This document shows, piece after piece, positions 52,457-63,390 of a DNA stretch of 64,000 nucleotides (the first letter of the stretch is position 1; each line of letters opens with the position of its first letter). The stretch comes from Longimicrobiales bacterium. GTDB taxonomy: Bacteria; Gemmatimonadota; Gemmatimonadetes; Longimicrobiales; Gaopeijiaceae. Under the pieces are notes generated by a model that was not told the origin of the DNA, searched no databases, and saw nothing but the letters and a program-made list of their open reading frames with translations. The stretch is taken from contig OZ241869.1 in the NCBI GenBank assembly GCA_965202805.1, positions 992,001-1,056,000 of the forward strand, in the 5' to 3' direction. A program made the position numbers and the translations under genes.

Positions 52457-53650
52457 ATGAGCGAATCAATCCGGGAGAACGGCGCGGGCACCCGCGTCCT
52501 CGACTACCTGCACGCCGCCCGTGACCGGATGCGCGACCTGCTGGAGCGGCTGGTCGAGCTCGAGTCGCCCTCCATGATCGCCGCCTCCCAGCGCCCCGTG
52601 CAGGCCCTGCTGCGCGAGGCGATGAGCGACATCGGGTACCGATCCCGGGTCCTCCCAGGGCGTACGACCGGAGGCATCCTGTATGCCTCCCCGCGCGAGC
52701 GCCGCCATCCGGCTCCCTACCAGCTCATCATCGGGCACACGGACACCATCTGGCCCGTGGGCACCCTGAAGGGGATGCCCCTGCACGTGGAGCGGGGACG
52801 CCTTTATGGACCGGGTACCTTCGACATGAAGGCGGGCCTGGTGCAGGGCGTCTTCGCCGTGGAAGCACTCAGGCACTGTATCGGCGACCCCGAGGTTACA
52901 CCGGTCTTCGTCTACAACTCCGACGAGGAGATCGGCAGCCCGGATTCCAGGGAGCATATCGTTCGGCTGGCCATGCGTGCGGATCGGGCGCTGGTGCTGG
53001 AGCCGTCCCTGGGCGAGAGCGGGAAGCTGAAGACGACGCGGAAGGGGGGCGGGGACTTCACCGTCCACGTGACCGGGGTGGCCGCGCACGCGGGGCTCGA
53101 ACCGGAGAAGGGCGTGAGCGCGATCCTGGAACTCGCGCACGTGATCCGGCAGCTGCACGCCCTCAACGACCCGGTGCGGGGTGTGAACGTGAACGTGGGA
53201 ACCGTCGAGGGCGGGATTCGTCCGAACGTGATCGCGCCGGAGGCGAGCGCCGAAGTGGACGTGCGCGTGCCGACCCTCGCCGACGCGCGCCGGGTGGAAC
53301 AGGCGATTCGCGCCATCGAGGCCGTGGCGCCCGGGGCTTCGGTCGAGATCCGGGGCGAGATGGACCGTCCTCCCATGGAGCAGACGCCGGGCAATCGCCG
53401 GCTCTGGGAGCTGGCGCGGGACGCGGGGACGCAGCTGGGGCTGGAGATGGAAGAGGCCGGGTCCGGCGGAGGGTCGGACGGCAACACCACGAGCCTGTAT
53501 ACGCCTACGCTCGATGGGCTGGGCGCGGTCGGAGCGGGGGCGCACGCGAGCCACGAGCACGTGGTGCTGGAGCGCATGCCGGAGCGTGCCGCGCTGGTCA
53601 CGCTGCTGCTTGCGGCGCCGTCGATGCAGCCCTACGGGGCCGAGGCCTGA
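52457..53650 (+). CDS. M20 metallopeptidase (glutamate carboxypeptidase-like)
   Basis: GHTDT, GPGTFDMKAG, SDEEIGS, AAHAG, GGGSDG, GAHA..E. Confidence 0.9.
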   Translation: MSESIRENGAGTRVLDYLHAARDRMRDLLERLVELESPSMIAASQRPVQALLREAMSDIGYRSRVLPGRTTGGILYASPRERRHPAPYQLIIGHTDTIWPVGTLKGMPLHVERGRLYGPGTFDMKAGLVQGVFAVEALRHCIGDPEVTPVFVYNSDEEIGSPDSREHIVRLAMRADRALVLEPSLGESGKLKTTRKGGGDFTVHVTGVAAHAGLEPEKGVSAILELAHVIRQLHALNDPVRGVNVNVGTVEGGIRPNVIAPEASAEVDVRVPTLADARRVEQAIRAIEAVAPGASVEIRGEMDRPPMEQTPGNRRLWELARDAGTQLGLEMEEAGSGGGSDGNTTSLYTPTLDGLGAVGAGAHASHEHVVLERMPERAALVTLLLAAPSMQPYGAEA

Positions 53651-53726
53651 GGACCGGCGGGCTTCCGGGCGGGATCCCGGGCGAGTCCGCGCGAGCAGCC
53701 GGAAGAGGCGGGCGGACGCGGCCGGA

Positions 53727-53951
53727 TCAGAGTTGCCCGGCGCCCTCGTCGTCCGCGCCCTGGCCACGGACGCGCAGGTGGCGCAGCGCCAGTCCCGCGA
53801 GCAGCGCGGCCAGCGCAATCCAGATCAGCCAGGCGATATCGAGCAGCATCCCCGTCAGTCCCAATCCCGCTCCCACACACAAGAGCGCGACGCGCAGGTG
53901 CAGGTAGCGGTCCTCACGGGAACGGGACCGGCTCGCGAAGATGAACAGCAC
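53727..53951 (-). CDS. Small hypothetical membrane protein
   Basis: Two hydrophobic helices; GTG start next to the upstream stop. Confidence 0.55.
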   Translation of the reverse strand: MLFIFASRSRSREDRYLHLRVALLCVGAGLGLTGMLLDIAWLIWIALAALLAGLALRHLRVRGQGADDEGAGQL

Positions 53952-53952
53952 G

Positions 53953-54729
53953 TCAGTCCCGATTCCTGCGTTCGAGGAACCGCCGCACCCCTTCCCGGCA
54001 GGTGTACGTAAGTCGGGCGGCGACGTTGATCTGGGCAGCCCGCGCAATTCCCTGGTCGAAGTCGAGGCTGTCGAGATCGTAGAGCAGCGTCTTGGAAAGA
54101 GCGACGGAGGAGGGAGCACGGCGGGCGAGTTCCCTCGCGTACGCCATGACCGTCGCTTCAAAGCCGTCCGCGGAGATCACCCGGGTCGCGATGCCCCAGG
54201 CCAGGGCGTCGGCGGCGGAGAAGCGGTCGCCGAGCGTGGCCAGTTCGAAGGCGCGCGCCTCCGACACCTTGCGCCGCAACAGGGTCATCACCAGGGCGGG
54301 GACGAAGCCCAGGTGCACTTCCGGGTAGCCCAGTTCCGCTTCCTCGTGCACCAGGACCACGTCGCACGCGGTCGCCAGGCCACAGCCGCCGCCGAGTGCC
54401 CGGCCGTGCACCGCCGCCACCACGGGCTTCGTCAACTGGCGCATCTGACCGAAGAGATTGCCCATGCGCAGCGCGTCCGCATGGATCTTCTCGGGCCCCA
54501 TGCTGGTGATCCGTTCCATCTCGGCGAGATCAGCGCCGGCACAGAAGTCCACGCCGGCCCCCCGCAGGAGTACGACGCGCACGGAAGAGTCGTTGCGCGC
54601 TTTGGTGAGCGCGGCCTTCAGCGACTGCACCATGTGTGAATCGAGCGCGTTGCGCTTGTGCGGACGGTTGAGTGTCAGCGTCAGCACCCGGTCCCCGACC
54701 CGGGAAAGAAGTCGCTCTTCCACGCTCAT
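53953..54729 (-). CDS. Enoyl-CoA hydratase (methylglutaconyl-CoA hydratase-like)
   Basis: NRPHKRNAL, FCAGADL, GGGCGLATACD, YPEVHLGFVPA. Confidence 0.88.
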   Translation of the reverse strand: MSVEERLLSRVGDRVLTLTLNRPHKRNALDSHMVQSLKAALTKARNDSSVRVVLLRGAGVDFCAGADLAEMERITSMGPEKIHADALRMGNLFGQMRQLTKPVVAAVHGRALGGGCGLATACDVVLVHEEAELGYPEVHLGFVPALVMTLLRRKVSEARAFELATLGDRFSAADALAWGIATRVISADGFEATVMAYARELARRAPSSVALSKTLLYDLDSLDFDQGIARAAQINVAARLTYTCREGVRRFLERRNRD

Positions 54730-55115
54730 GAGTGTGTTTCGTCCTCTTCCCGGTCCCGGGGTATCCTGCCCCGCCCCCGGACACGCCTGGCGACCTCGTC
54801 GGGCACCTCCACCTCCATGCGCAACAGCGCAGTGGAAAACACCTTGCCCTGGGCGTCCATCATCAGGGAAACGGTCCCACCGCCGCCGAGCGCTCGGGGC
54901 AGCACGAAGTTCAGGGCGTTCAGGTTGGGAAGCTCGTAACGGGCGACCGTCCCCTTCACCATGTCTCCGAAGTGGTCCTGCACGCGGCCGGGAGTCAGCG
55001 CCTCGGCGAGCAGCGGATAGTGCTCGGGCTCGTAGGCGATCACGCCGATGTTGACCACGTCGCCCTTGTCGCCCGAGCGCGCGTGCGCGAGTTCGACGAG
55101 TTGGACGGCCGCCAT
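54726..55115 (-). CDS. AtuA-related small protein (AtuA C-terminal domain)
   Basis: AHARSGDKGD, RYELPNLNALNF..ALGGGG..SL..DAQGK. Confidence 0.85.
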   Translation of the reverse strand: MAAVQLVELAHARSGDKGDVVNIGVIAYEPEHYPLLAEALTPGRVQDHFGDMVKGTVARYELPNLNALNFVLPRALGGGGTVSLMMDAQGKVFSTALLRMEVEVPDEVARRVRGRGRIPRDREEDETHS

Positions 55116-55245
55116 GGTCAACGCCTCCGGGGGGTTCCGCGCCCGCCTGTGCCGATACGGCATGCGAGCGCCCGAGAGAAGATTGCAATCCCAGGCTCGG
55201 AAGGGAAACGTCCGGCCATCTTCGACGGCCGCCATGCCGGCGCGT

Positions 55246-56676
55246 TCATGCCTCCCGAATGTCCACATGCACAAAGGGCTCCACCGCCTCGCGCGGCACC
55301 AGGGCCGGCCAGAAGGCGGCCACTTCGCGCACGCGCGGGCGCCCCTCGCCGAAGCCGGTCACCGAGGGCGGGCCGGTCAGCACCAGCGGAGCGATCTCCC
55401 GGGTGAAGCGCGCCACCGGAGCCCGCTCGCGGCTGCGCACGGCGACCCGCAGCTGTACTTCGGGCAGGTCCGGCGGCGGCGGGCCCGCCAGCGCCCCGTG
55501 CGTCGAGTCCCACCCGACGAGGTCGGTGCGCATCTCGTCGAAGCGAAGCCCGAGCCGGTCCAGGCGGGCCCGCAGGACGCGGGCGGCCGCGCGCGCCTTG
55601 GCGGCCGCGTCCGGCCAGGCGTACACGAGCGTGCCGACGGCCCTCCACCCCCCCGAGTACACGATGGACGCCTTGAGCCAGCCGTTGGGCGGGCGGCCGC
55701 GCGCGCCCGTCACCCGCACCCGGTCCTTCCCCGCCCCGCTCAGGCGGACGGTGGTGAAGTCCGCGACCACGTCCGGCGTGGCATAGGCGGCCGGGTCGCC
55801 GATCTCGTAGACGATCTGCTCGGTGACGGTGGCGGGGCTCACGCGCCCCCCCGACCCCTCGTGCCTGGTGACCACGAACTCGCCGGAGGGCTCGGCCTCG
55901 ATGATGGGAAAGCCGACCCGGTCGAGGTCGGGGATGCTCCACCACTCGGCCAGGCAGTTCCCCCCGGTGCACTGGGCGCCGCACTCGTTGACGTGGCCCG
56001 CCACCACCCCGGCGGCCAGACGGTCGTAGTCGTCCGCCGCCCAGCCGAACTCGTGCAGCAGGGGCGCCATCGTGAGGGCGGCGTCCACGCAGCGGCCGGT
56101 CACCACCACGTCGGCGCCCCGCCCCAGAGCCTCCGCGGTCGGGAACGCGCCCAGGTAGACGTTGGCCCCCGTCACCCGCTCGCGGATGCTCGCCAGCGGC
56201 TCGCCGGTCTCCATGTTGCGCAGCTCGTGGCCGCCGGCGAGCAACTCGTCCAGCCGGGGCATGAGGTCGTCGCCGGTCACCACCCCCAGCCGCACGCGTC
56301 CGCGCACCCCCGCCCGCCGGGCCGCGCGCGCCACCTCCGCGGCGCATCCTCCGGGATTCACCCCCCCGGCGTTGGCGACCACCCGGATGCCGCGCTCCAG
56401 GCAGGCGGGCAGGATGCGCTCCATCAGCGAGACGAAGTCGCGCGCGTACCCGGCCTCCGGATTGCGGGCCCGCTGCTTGTGCAGGATCGACATGGTCACC
56501 TCGGCCAGGTAGTCCATGACCAGGTAGTCGATCGGTCCCTCCTCGACCTGGCGCACCGGCGCGTCCAGGTCGTCGCCCCAGAAGCCGCCCGCGCCCGCGA
56601 CCCGCACCGGGCGCGCGCCGCCGGACCCGCCGGGCCGGGAAGCGCGCGTTCCCCGGGGGACTCCGGATGCCGTCAC
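55246..56676 (-). CDS. Acyclic terpene utilization AtuA family (DUF1446) protein
   Basis: GFWGD, DYLAEVTM, NAGGVNP, ANVYLG, GHVNECGAQCTGGN, YEIGDP..Y.TPDV. Confidence 0.9.
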   Translation of the reverse strand: MTASGVPRGTRASRPGGSGGARPVRVAGAGGFWGDDLDAPVRQVEEGPIDYLVMDYLAEVTMSILHKQRARNPEAGYARDFVSLMERILPACLERGIRVVANAGGVNPGGCAAEVARAARRAGVRGRVRLGVVTGDDLMPRLDELLAGGHELRNMETGEPLASIRERVTGANVYLGAFPTAEALGRGADVVVTGRCVDAALTMAPLLHEFGWAADDYDRLAAGVVAGHVNECGAQCTGGNCLAEWWSIPDLDRVGFPIIEAEPSGEFVVTRHEGSGGRVSPATVTEQIVYEIGDPAAYATPDVVADFTTVRLSGAGKDRVRVTGARGRPPNGWLKASIVYSGGWRAVGTLVYAWPDAAAKARAAARVLRARLDRLGLRFDEMRTDLVGWDSTHGALAGPPPPDLPEVQLRVAVRSRERAPVARFTREIAPLVLTGPPSVTGFGEGRPRVREVAAFWPALVPREAVEPFVHVDIREA

Positions 56677-56680
56677 GGCC

Positions 56681-58441
56681 TCACGCCACGCCCGGGGGCA
56701 GGTGGAACGCCCCCAGGTGCGGCCCCGGGTTGTTGAGTGCCGCCCGCAGCAGCAGCGCCAGCGCCCCGCGCAGTTCCCCGGGCAGCACCACCTCGTCCAC
56801 GAACCCGCGGGCGCCGGCAAAGCGGGCATCCAGCTGGCGATCGTAGTCCTCCCGCACCTCGTCCATGCGCGTGCGCAGCTCCTCGTCCGGCACCTCGCCG
56901 CGCTCGCGAAGCTCCTCGAGCTGCCGGCTGAAGAGCGCCATGACGGCGCTCTCGCCCTCCATCACCCCCATCCTCCCCGTGGGCAGCGACAGGATGAAGT
57001 CCGGATCGAAGCCCTGGCCCGCCATGGCGTAGTAGCCGGCCCCGGAGGCGTGGTTGAGGGTCAGCACCAGCTTGGGCACGGTGGCGGTCGCCATCGCCTC
57101 CACGAAGTGTGCGCCCGCGCGGATGATCCCCGAGCGCTCCGCCTTCGGCCCCACCATGAAGCCGGATACGTCCTGTACGAAGAGCAGCGCTCTGCGGCGG
57201 CGATTCATGGTCTCGATGAAGCCGGCAACCTTCTCCGCGCTCGTCGTATAGACGATGCCCCCGAACCGGGGCGGCCCGCCTTCCGCGTCGCGCACCATGC
57301 CGCGGGCGTTGGCGATGACCGCGATCCGCATCCCCCGGATGGCGCCGGTTCCGCACATCATCTCGGGGGCGTAGTCGGGCTGGTACTGCACCAGCCCCGG
57401 CTCGTCCAGGATGCAGCGCAGGACCTCGGGCATGTCGTAGGGATGCCGGTGATCGTCGGGGAGGAGGTCGTAGAGGTCCTCGGCAGGCCGGGCCGGGCCG
57501 ATGCGGGAAGGTGCGCGCTCAGTCGGAGATCCCCGGGATTCGCCCGACGCCACCCCCTGTCCGGCCCGGTCCACGCCCGGGCGCGACGCATCTCCGGACA
57601 CGGCCCCGGCCCCGGCCCCGCGCGGGAGGGCCTCGATCAGCACGCGAATCTTCTCGATGCAGGCCGGATCGTCCTTCGCCAGGTAATGCGCGACCCCGCT
57701 GACCGATGTGTGCATGCGCGCGCCCCCCAGCTCCTCCGCCTCCACCGTCTGCCCGATGGCGCCCTTGACCAGGTTGGGACCCCCGAGCCCCATGAAGCTG
57801 GTGCCCTCCACCATCACGATCACGTCGGAGAGCGCGGGCAGGTAGGCGCCCCCGGCGATGCACGGACCCATGACCGCGGCGATCTGGGGGATTCCCAGGT
57901 AGCGGCGCATGAGGGAGTTGTAGTAGAAGATGCGCGCGGCTCCGTATTTTCCCGGGAAGACGCCTCCCTGGTACGGCAGGTTGACCCCCGCCGAGTCCAC
58001 GAGATAGACGATGGGGATGCGGCAGCGCATGGCGATCTCCTGCGCGCGCAGGATCTTGGCGATGGTCTCGGGCCACCACGCTCCCGCCTTCACGGTCGCG
58101 TCGTTGGCGACCACGACCACCTCGCGGCCGTGGACCCGGCCCACGCCGGTGACCACCCCGGCGGCGGGCGCGCGCCCGTCGTAGAGGTCGTGCGCCACCA
58201 GGAGGCCGATCTCGACGAAAGGCTCGCCGGGGTCGAGCAGCGCGGCGACCCGCTCGCGGGCCGTCCACTTGCCCCGGGCGTGCTCGCGCTCGATGCGCTT
58301 CGGCCCGCCACCCAGCCGCAGCCGCGCCCGCAGATCCTCGAGCTCCTCGGCGAGCCGGCGTACCCGATGGACGCCCGGGCCCCCGGCGGAGCCGCGCCCG
58401 CCGCTCCCGGCGCGAGCCGACCCGGCGCCGCGTGGGCTCAC
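56681..58441 (-). CDS. Acyl-CoA carboxylase carboxyltransferase (beta) subunit, MCC-like
   Basis: [48 protein letters not shown]. Confidence 0.9.
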   Translation of the reverse strand: MSPRGAGSARAGSGGRGSAGGPGVHRVRRLAEELEDLRARLRLGGGPKRIEREHARGKWTARERVAALLDPGEPFVEIGLLVAHDLYDGRAPAAGVVTGVGRVHGREVVVVANDATVKAGAWWPETIAKILRAQEIAMRCRIPIVYLVDSAGVNLPYQGGVFPGKYGAARIFYYNSLMRRYLGIPQIAAVMGPCIAGGAYLPALSDVIVMVEGTSFMGLGGPNLVKGAIGQTVEAEELGGARMHTSVSGVAHYLAKDDPACIEKIRVLIEALPRGAGAGAVSGDASRPGVDRAGQGVASGESRGSPTERAPSRIGPARPAEDLYDLLPDDHRHPYDMPEVLRCILDEPGLVQYQPDYAPEMMCGTGAIRGMRIAVIANARGMVRDAEGGPPRFGGIVYTTSAEKVAGFIETMNRRRRALLFVQDVSGFMVGPKAERSGIIRAGAHFVEAMATATVPKLVLTLNHASGAGYYAMAGQGFDPDFILSLPTGRMGVMEGESAVMALFSRQLEELRERGEVPDEELRTRMDEVREDYDRQLDARFAGARGFVDEVVLPGELRGALALLLRAALNNPGPHLGAFHLPPGVA

Positions 58442-58860
58442 GTCGCAGCCCGCGCCGACGAAGCGAACCACTCGCGGATGTAGCGGACCGCGTCCCTGGT
58501 GCGCGTGCCCGGCCCGAAGAGCCGGCCGATCCCCGCGGAGTGGAGGGCGTCCGCATCCTCGTCGGGGATGATGCCGCCTCCGGTGACCAGCACGTCGCCC
58601 AGTCCCGTCTCGTCGAGCAGCGCCTTCACCCGGGGCAGGAGGGTCATGTGGGCGCCCGAGAGAATCGACAGCGCCACCACGTCCGCGTCCTCCTGCAGGG
58701 CGGCTTCCACGATGGTCTCCGGCGTCTGGTGAAGACCGGTGTAGACGACCTCGAAGCCGGCGTCGCGGAAGGCGCTCACGATCACGCGCGCCCCGCGGTC
58801 GTGGCCGTCGAGTCCCGGTTTCGCCACCAGGACGCGGATCCTGCGGTGTGATGTCGTCAT
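58438..58860 (-). CDS. Cobalamin-binding (methylmalonyl-CoA mutase C-terminal) subunit
   Basis: [11 protein letters not shown] (DxHxxG), SILSGAH, GGIIP. Confidence 0.92.
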   Translation of the reverse strand: MTTSHRRIRVLVAKPGLDGHDRGARVIVSAFRDAGFEVVYTGLHQTPETIVEAALQEDADVVALSILSGAHMTLLPRVKALLDETGLGDVLVTGGGIIPDEDADALHSAGIGRLFGPGTRTRDAVRYIREWFASSARAAT

Positions 58861-59885
58861 GGGTCCTCGTCCCCGGACAGGATACCTCCCCCGGCGAGCA
58901 AACGCCGTGCCGCTTCGTACACCGACTCCCGCCCGCCCGCCACCCTCCGCGCCGCCTCCGCAAAGCCGCCGTCCCCCGCCACCCGGCCCAGGTGAGCCTC
59001 CAGGGCGGTGCGCACCTCCGCCCGGATGCGTGCCTCCGCGCGGGCGAGGCGGCGTGCCTCCAGCGCCCCCGAGCCCGCGAGGCTGCGGCGGTGGTCCTCG
59101 ATGGCGTCCGCGATGGCGATGATCCCTTCGCCCGCCGTGGCGACCGCAGTGAGCACGGGGGGTTCCCACCCGGCGACCGCGCTGTCCCCCGCGGTGCGGC
59201 GGCGACCCAGCCCGACCGCGTCGCGCAGCTGTCGCACCAGCGCGCGTGCACCCGGTCGATCCGCCTTGTTCACCACGAGGACATCCGCCACTTCGGCCAG
59301 CCCGGCCTTCATGGCCTGTACTTCGTCGCCCGATTCGGGGGTGAGCACCACCACCACCGTGTCGGCGGCTTCCGCCACGCCCAGCTCGGTCTGGCCGACC
59401 CCCACCGTCTCCAGGAGGATGCGGCCGAACCCGCTCCCCTCCATCAGGTCGACGACGTCGTGCACCGCTTCGGCCAGGCCGCCGCCCGCCCCGCGCGTCG
59501 CCATCGAGCGGATGAAGACGCCCTGGTCGAGCTGGAGCGGCGCCATGCGCACCCGGTCTCCCAGAAGCGCGCCCCCGGAGTACGGCGACGTGGGGTCCAC
59601 CGCGACGATCGCCACCTCCTCTCCCGCGCCGCGGAAAGCCCGGGCCAGCGCCGCCACCAGGGTCGACTTCCCAGCCCCGGGCGGCCCGGTGATCCCCGTC
59701 CGATGGGCCCGGCGGCCGCGCCCCGCCACCTGCGCCAGCAGCTCGCGGAAGCCCGGGCGCCGATCCTCGACCACCGAAATGGCCCGTGCCAGCGCCGCCC
59801 GCTCACCCGCGCCGCACCGCTCCGCAAGCGACCGCCCCGCTACGGCCGCCACGGTCCGCGCCCCCTGGCCCGCTACGGCCGCCAT
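58857..59885 (-). CDS. meaB: Methylmalonyl-CoA mutase-associated GTPase MeaB
   Basis: [42 protein letters not shown]. Confidence 0.93.
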   Translation of the reverse strand: MAAVAGQGARTVAAVAGRSLAERCGAGERAALARAISVVEDRRPGFRELLAQVAGRGRRAHRTGITGPPGAGKSTLVAALARAFRGAGEEVAIVAVDPTSPYSGGALLGDRVRMAPLQLDQGVFIRSMATRGAGGGLAEAVHDVVDLMEGSGFGRILLETVGVGQTELGVAEAADTVVVVLTPESGDEVQAMKAGLAEVADVLVVNKADRPGARALVRQLRDAVGLGRRRTAGDSAVAGWEPPVLTAVATAGEGIIAIADAIEDHRRSLAGSGALEARRLARAEARIRAEVRTALEAHLGRVAGDGGFAEAARRVAGGRESVYEAARRLLAGGGILSGDEDP

Positions 59886-61543
59886 CGACGCGATCCAAGC
59901 CCGCGCGCGTGGCGCAACGGGTTGTCCAGCAGATGCGCGGGGACGACCAGCACGACCAGGAACAGCACCAGGGCGGCAAGCAGCCCGGCGGCCAGGACCC
60001 ACACGTTGTCGAGCGAGATGTAGATGATTGCCGAGATGAGCGCGGTGGAGGCGGCGAAGATCGACAGCAGCAGCCGTCGGCCCAGCAGGGTGAGGGAGCG
60101 CTCGATGCCCTGGATGTCGCGCGGATGCACCCGCACCCGCAGGTTCTCGCGTTCGGCCCGCACCAGCAGCTCGCGCGCGGACCGCACCAGCCCGCTGGTC
60201 TCGGACCACATGTCCCTGGCGATGGCGACCGGTTCCCGGCCCGCCGTGCGCAGAATCTCGCCCCGGTGGGCGCCCACCACCCTGCGGAAGACGGCGAAGG
60301 AGTCGAAGCGGGCGTCATAGGCGGCTCCGATGCCCTCGAGCAGCACGAGCGTGCGGAACAGGTAGACGAGTTCGCGCGGGAGCATGAGGGGCCAGGTGTA
60401 GAAGGTGTCCAGCACCTCGCGCACGCTGTCCTGAACGCGCCGCCGGCCGGCCTGTCCGTTCTTGCGCGCGCCCTCCACCACCCGCACGATCTCCGCAGCC
60501 GCCTCGCGGATCTCCCCGCGCGACACCTCCGGGCCGATCATCCCCAGCCGGTACATCGCGCCTATGGCGCCGTCGATGTCTTCGCGCATGACCGCCATCG
60601 ACAGGCCGAGGAGGCTCTGGCGGGTCCAGCGCGGCACCTCGATGACGGCGCCCCAGTCTAGCACCACCAGCGACCCGTCCTCCGCCACCAGCAGGTTCCC
60701 CGGATGGGGATCGGCGTGCAGGAACCCGTCCATCATCATCATGCGCAGGTATACCGAGGACAGCCGTTCCATCAGCAGGCTCGCCGAAGGGCGTCCCCGC
60801 CGCACGCGGTCTCCCAGGCGATCGATGCGGATGCCCTCCATGTACTGCATCACCATCACGTGCCTAGTGGTCATGTCGTCGAAGACGCGCGGCGCCCTGA
60901 CGGCGCGGTCCCCGGCGAAGGCGCGCCGGAAGCGCCTGGTGTTCTCGGCTTCCACCCGCAGATCCATCTCTTCCCGCACCTTCACGGAGAATTCGCGAAT
61001 CACGTTGGCCAGCGCCCGCATGTGGTGGTTGGGGAACAGCACGTTCAGCCAGAAGACGATCCGGAACGCGGTATCCACGTCCAGCGCGACCCGCTGTTCC
61101 ACGTGCGGACGGAGCACCTTCACCGCCACGTCGCGTCCGTCGAGCCGGGCCCGGTGCACCTGTCCGAGGCTGGCTGCCGCCATGGGCTCGCGGTCGAAGC
61201 TCTCGAACAGATCCGGGAGCCTGCCGCCGAGCTCCTTCTCGATCACGCCCACGATCGCGTCCGGGGAAGCGGGCGGCACCTGGTCGCGGAGCGTGCCTGC
61301 GGACGTCAGATAGGGCTCCGGAAGGATGTCGGCGCGCGAGGCGAACATCTGCCCCAGCTTGATGAAGGCAGGTCCGAGGGCAGCGATGGTCCCGACCAGC
61401 CGGGCGGCGCGGCGCTCGTGGTGTCGCGGCCCTCGGCGCGCAGGGCGTCCGACCACGATCCAGCGTCGGCGGTCGCGCAGGAACGCGATCAGGAACGGCA
61501 GCAGACGAAGCAAGACCCACGCAAATCGTGCGATGCGCCTCAT
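59873..61543 (-). CDS. AarF/UbiB (ABC1) family kinase-like protein
   Basis: LGPAFIKLGQ, AAASLGQVHRA, VAVKV, HADPHPGN, LDWG, C-terminal TMs. Confidence 0.9.
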   Translation of the reverse strand: MRRIARFAWVLLRLLPFLIAFLRDRRRWIVVGRPARRGPRHHERRAARLVGTIAALGPAFIKLGQMFASRADILPEPYLTSAGTLRDQVPPASPDAIVGVIEKELGGRLPDLFESFDREPMAAASLGQVHRARLDGRDVAVKVLRPHVEQRVALDVDTAFRIVFWLNVLFPNHHMRALANVIREFSVKVREEMDLRVEAENTRRFRRAFAGDRAVRAPRVFDDMTTRHVMVMQYMEGIRIDRLGDRVRRGRPSASLLMERLSSVYLRMMMMDGFLHADPHPGNLLVAEDGSLVVLDWGAVIEVPRWTRQSLLGLSMAVMREDIDGAIGAMYRLGMIGPEVSRGEIREAAAEIVRVVEGARKNGQAGRRRVQDSVREVLDTFYTWPLMLPRELVYLFRTLVLLEGIGAAYDARFDSFAVFRRVVGAHRGEILRTAGREPVAIARDMWSETSGLVRSARELLVRAERENLRVRVHPRDIQGIERSLTLLGRRLLLSIFAASTALISAIIYISLDNVWVLAAGLLAALVLFLVVLVVPAHLLDNPLRHARGLGSRRWRP

Positions 61544-61966
61544 GGTGGAGTCGTAGCCTCTTCGTCGCAGCGTGAAAGGGACGGGATGCCGTTGAGGCCG
61601 CGAGCTCCCGCGCCAGCGGACGAGGGGACCGGCCCCGGGCGGAATCCCCGAACGTGGAGACACCCGGTGCTGCAAAGCTGGCCGCAACCTGCCGGCTTCG
61701 TCTACCCCGGAGGCTGCACGGGGATCACGGAGCCGGATTCCGGGAAGCCGTCGGGCACCGGAAGGCGACCCTCCCGGTGGACGAGTCCGCGGCTGCGGCG
61801 CATCTTGGTCCCGGCCCGTGCAACCACGCGGACACTGTTCGAGTCCCAGGGAAGAGCCGACTGCGGGCTGCGTCGGCTTCTCGACGCCGCCATCGACCGT
61901 TTGCACCTTGTTGCGGACGAGTCCGGTCGCGTTTTCCTCAACTGCTCACGGAGGTTCCTCGAGACC

Positions 61967-63193
61967 ATGAACGCCAAGGCCGAACGCATCCGTTTCGGAT
62001 ATCCGACCAGGCTCGCGCTGCAGGGAATCGGCGCTACCGCCGCGCTGGTCCTCGCCGGAGCCTGTGGCAGCGAGGGCGCCGAAGGGGATCGCACCGGCCT
62101 CGGTCCGGTGCAGGCGGCGCTCGAACACGAGTTCGCCGTAATCCAGACCGTGCGCGAGCTGCCGGAGGGGCGCGTGCTGGTGGCCGATCCGCTGGGGCAG
62201 ACGCTGCTGGTGGTCGACATGGAGGCCGGAACCACCGCCTCCATCGGGCGCGTGGGCGAGGGCCCGGAGGAGTACCGCCAGCCGGACGCGGTATGGCCGC
62301 TGCCGGGCGACAGGTCGCTCCTCGTGGACCTGGGCAACGGGCGCCTGACGGAAATGGGCGCGGACCTGAGCTTCGGGGACACGCGGCCCTACATGCTGGG
62401 CTCCTTCCAGATGGGTGCGCCCCTGATGCTCGCCATTCCGCAGGGCGTGGACGGCCGCGGGGGGATCTTCTTCCAGGGCTTCGGGATGACTGCGGGCGGG
62501 GACGTCGCGGACTCCTCGCAGGTGCTCCGCTACGACCTGGAGACAGAGGCGGTGGACACGATGGCGAGCGTCAAGCTGACCGACCGCACCCGCCGCACCT
62601 CGGGCGGTCCGAACAACCAGAACGTGTCGATCTCGCCGATTCCACTCTCCCCGTCAGATTCGTGGGGGGTGGCGGCGGATGGCCGGGTGGTGGTCGCCCG
62701 CTCGGTCGCCGGATCGGAGGAGTTCTGGGTGGAGTGGTTCGCGCCGGATGGCGAGGTGACGCGCGGGCCGCCCTATCCGTACGCCCCGGTGGACATCGGG
62801 AGGGCGGAGATGGAGGAGTGGCGCGACGCCCAGGCCGAGACCGGCGGCGGCATGACCATCCAGGTCACCGGGGTCAACGGCAGAATGGACATGCGCGCGG
62901 GCCGCGGCGGGGCCCCGGGCAACGACGACCTGGACAGCTACGAGTGGCCCGAGAGCAAGCCGGCGTTCCAGGGACGCATTCCCGTCGACCCGACGGGACG
63001 CGCCTGGGTGCGGCGGCATACCGCGGCGGGCGATGCCCCCGTCTACGATCTCTTCGACGGCTCCGGGACGCGCACGGCGACCATCGAGCTGCCGATGGAG
63101 CGCCGGGTGGTGGCGTTCGGCGACGGCGTGGTCTACGCGGTGCGCATGGACGAGTTCGACCTGCAGTACCTGGAGAGGTACGGGCTGCCATAG
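61967..63193 (+). CDS. Beta-propeller-type hypothetical lipoprotein
   Basis: Lipobox LAGAC, IGRVGEGPEEYR, GRAWVRR, DEFDLQYLERY family tail. Confidence 0.75.
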   Translation: MNAKAERIRFGYPTRLALQGIGATAALVLAGACGSEGAEGDRTGLGPVQAALEHEFAVIQTVRELPEGRVLVADPLGQTLLVVDMEAGTTASIGRVGEGPEEYRQPDAVWPLPGDRSLLVDLGNGRLTEMGADLSFGDTRPYMLGSFQMGAPLMLAIPQGVDGRGGIFFQGFGMTAGGDVADSSQVLRYDLETEAVDTMASVKLTDRTRRTSGGPNNQNVSISPIPLSPSDSWGVAADGRVVVARSVAGSEEFWVEWFAPDGEVTRGPPYPYAPVDIGRAEMEEWRDAQAETGGGMTIQVTGVNGRMDMRAGRGGAPGNDDLDSYEWPESKPAFQGRIPVDPTGRAWVRRHTAAGDAPVYDLFDGSGTRTATIELPMERRVVAFGDGVVYAVRMDEFDLQYLERYGLP

Positions 63194-63270
63194 GCGAGGT
63201 GGCTGGCTGGGCGGGCGAAATAGCGGGGATGAAGCAAGGCTTACCGGAACCGTCAACATCTCTGCGGCAC

Positions 63271-63286
63271 TAGCTTAGCTAAGCTA
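63271..63286. promoter_or_regulatory. Perfect 16-bp palindrome TAGCTTAGCTAAGCTA (operator-like)
   Basis: Self-complementary AT-rich sequence in intergenic DNA. Confidence 0.5.
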
Positions 63287-63390
63287 AGACAAGTCTAAAG
63301 AGGGGCGCTGAAGTACCTGTCACCGCCACTGGGCAAGTGAGTTCGTGGAGCGGATCCGCACGGCGCTCAAGCAGTAGGACCGGCCTGAGG

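Noticed and set aside
61545..61966. Possible tRNA/tmRNA-like RNA (GTTCGAGTCCCAG near 61837) and hairpin near 61851-61882
   Set aside because: The T-stem does not pair and no acceptor stem or CCA end is found; an Rfam search would be needed to support it
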